A stretch of DNA of 64,000 bases from Lingula anatina (taxonomy: Eukaryota; Animalia; Brachiopoda), in NCBI GenBank assembly GCA_051362555.1, contig CM120640.1, positions 25,406,225-25,470,224 of the forward strand, read 5' to 3'. The notes beneath the pieces are model-generated. The model did not search any database, was not told the origin of the DNA, and saw only the letters and a list, made by a program, of their open reading frames with translations. Shown in pieces: positions 61,175-64,000 of this stretch. Position 1 is the first letter of the stretch; each line of letters opens with the position of its first letter. A program made the position numbers and the translations under genes.

Positions 61175-63511
61175 TACAAGTGAAGTTTTGAAAAAATCAT
61201 ATTCCATAAAATATGTAAAATATTTGGAAATATTTTTCTTCAGTTTGACAGAAAGAACATTTTATAGTTTGTGGATTTGCTCACTGGCCAAGACTGTAGT
61301 ATGACATCGAAATGTGATCCACTTTTTTATCGTCGTCGCTCACTTAAACGGTGGAAGGTTAAGCAATACTACCTCAACTTTCTTTTAATAAAATGTACTC
61401 ATAGCCTGTCTTCAATTTATATCGATAAGGTTAACCTTGTTCTGTGTGCTTCTCGAAAAATCTGTGCTGTGCCGGTCACTTGAATCAAGAAAAGTAGCAG
61501 CTTATATTAAAGAAAGCACAGAAGGAGCCCCCGTGGAGCAATGAGAGTGCTTTCAGAGGCCCAGGCGTAATTTATCACATCGCTTGTTTAGCAGTTAATT
61601 AGCAATTTTGAAAGAAATCATATCGATAAATTTCAACCCCACGCACGATTACTTCATAAATCGTACGATCTTCACGAATCAAGGACTATTTTCTTCTCGC
61701 TGTGATGCGGCGTGAAGTGACGGCCGATTCATCACTTGCCACGCGCTGCTTGGCGCTGATGGCGATTTGAATGCTCAGTAACTTTTAGAATGATGAAACG
61801 AACCTCTTAATATCACCCAAAGGAGAGATTATTTCAAATTTTGTCGATGACTAATTTCTTGATTTGAAACAATTTCAGCTATTATCACGAGGGGTAGCCT
61901 CAGGGACCGTCCTTCAATTTGACCGTTTGCAACGGAAAGAGTACCAATTTTATATAAACCGCAGATGAATCTTAAAAGATTTCATTTTTTTTATGATCAT
62001 TCTCTGCCATGTTGGCCTATAGGCTAACAAGTATGCGACATCTCTTCTGTTGCATTAAAAAGAGCGAAACCTTAAAAAATGACAAACAATTAGGGTGAAT
62101 ATGCGTTGAAATCGTCAAAATGCAGAGGCCGTGTTCCTCAGAGGTGAACGTTTGGTGTCGAGGACGGTCGATTGGAAGAACATGTCATTTAATGAATATC
62201 AATTTGTACGTGTTATTTGGCAAACAGAGATGAAATAATTTGATAGAAGTTTTGTTTTCTCTATAGCAAAGCGTTAAGGAATGAAAAGGTGTTTTTTTCC
62301 TTATTCTCTTTACTAAATAAAAAATGACGGTTTATAAATCAAAGATATGTGAAAGAGTGAGACAGTAAAATGCCCCATTTTATATGCAATTTTTTGAATA
62401 AGTACTATTTTTTCATTCAGATTAAAGCCCCTCTTGCGTTCATATTCCAGTTGTATCCTTTAATTTTTTATTTTTTTTTAAATTTTAATGAAAATATGTT
62501 CCACCACAAGTAACTACCAACAAATGGATTGGTGGCAAACAAAATGCAAACCCAAAACAAGTTCCGTGATATGATTATATTATTTCTGACTTATTTTAGG
62601 GGGCTCGTACGTGTCCCTCCGTAAATATCTCCCAAACCCTGAGTAGAGTTCAGTTTTTGAGTATGCCTGGCATTCTTCTATGCGTTATCGATTTCATCTA
62701 ACCATAAAGCAATACTGTAACAAATCACATTGCATAAGTTATACATCACGTAAAAAGGGGCGAATTGCTATTTCATTTTGTTGTTCATTTCTTATTAAAC
62801 TGGTCGATTTGCATATGTGGGCGGTAATCCTGTCCTAAGGGTGTGGTCATCACTTGACCACTGTATAGCTGGATGCAATCGGCACTTTAGATATTATCGT
62901 GGCGTGGGAACCAGCCACAGGTATTTACTGACCACAAGGAATAGCCCACAGAAATGGTCTTTAATTCGCCTAAATGCTATCTTTAAATGGTTGTCCAATT
63001 GTTAGCAACGCCCTTTCGATTCAAAGCAATTGTATGGTGATTGCTAGATACGAATCTCGTTTTTAACCAGATCATTGCACTGGCTGATGAAATTATGGAG
63101 ACTATTAAACATTTAGAATACGCAACAGTAAACAAGGAATAGCCTTTCGAACTTTTGATACCCGAGGGCCTTGGGATAAACTGAAATTACGCTAAACACA
63201 ATGTCGCCGTCAGGTTCAATGTGCCGTACTGTGAAAGGAGTGAGCTTTAGAAATACTGAACACGACTGACGCCGGTCCTCAGATGAGATCCTCAGTGAAT
63301 CTCCCCACATAATAAGGAGCACCTGTCATTTAATATCAGTGTGCTCCAAGATTATCTTTTTTATTTTTCAAAATTAGAGGAAATGCATTTTGACCAAATG
63401 CGCACCCATTACCAAATTTTTTTGTGATGTCTCATTTTTCTATATAGTATATCAAATATAAGTGCTATACTGAAAAAAGTCTCTGACTTTGAAATGGCCC
63501 CAAAAGGACAA

Positions 63512-63562
<51 letters not shown>
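63512..63562. repeat. Compound (CT)n(CA)n microsatellite
   Basis: Direct reading. Confidence 0.9.
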
Positions 63563-63566
<4 letters not shown>

Positions 63567-64000
63567 AGAAAAACTGAAAAAATAATGCGATATACTGCTA
63601 GCTCTGAGGTTAAGCTGTCATTGCGTGAGCATACTCTAAACTGTTGTTGTGAAAAAAAAGGACCGATAGAATCAACAGCTTCTGTTTATTTCAATAAAGA
63701 CCTATCGACCTAATCAATTTAAATAAAAGGTTGATAACAACAGCGGTCCATGAGCTAAGATGAAAGTATAATATCCTGTTTTCGAAGTTTATTGCACTTA
63801 AACAGCCTTGTTCTTCTAGATATTAAAATATGCGAACGGAAAACAGTAAAGCTTTCTTGCAGGCCACGAGATAGTAAATTTGAGAACGATTATTTAAAAT
63901 TTTATCATCGGAAACTAACTGCAGGATGTAAAAAAAAACATGTGAAACTAAGCTCGCTCAATGTCACCTATATGTAAAATCGATAAGAGATATATCTGAA

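Noticed and set aside
63113-63322. 69-aa minus-strand ORF preceded by an AG as a terminal exon of a gene outside the window
   Set aside because: Weak polypyrimidine tract and no recognisable protein features; cannot be supported from this window alone

Overview
AT-rich, intron-rich animal genomic DNA with GT-AG spliced genes. It is probably a lophotrochozoan or mollusc, inferred only from gene content and the VWC-domain style. Nine protein-coding gene models were assembled by hand from splice sites and reading-frame phase: fatty acyl-CoA reductase (FAR, -, 3' end runs off the window), CCDC91 (+), CYP26-family cytochrome P450 (+), a C2H2 zinc-finger protein (-), a secreted Pro-rich single-VWC protein with a 9-nt microexon (-), a type II membrane protein with one SEA domain and no protease (+), PM20D2 (-), BTBD16 (+) and B4GALT7 (-). 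Non-coding DNA holds several MITE families (CAGG-ended with 5-bp TSDs, Harbinger/Tourist-like, CACTG-ended with a 2-bp TSD), a LINE 3' fragment and microsatellites. The strongest unexplained signal is cis-regulatory. Upstream of CYP26 there is a cluster of nuclear-receptor direct repeats, including a consensus DR5 RARE, in a distal-plus-proximal layout like vertebrate CYP26A1. The FAR/CCDC91 divergent promoter carries a perfect RevDR2+DR0 element. All calls come from reading the sequence; no searches were run.
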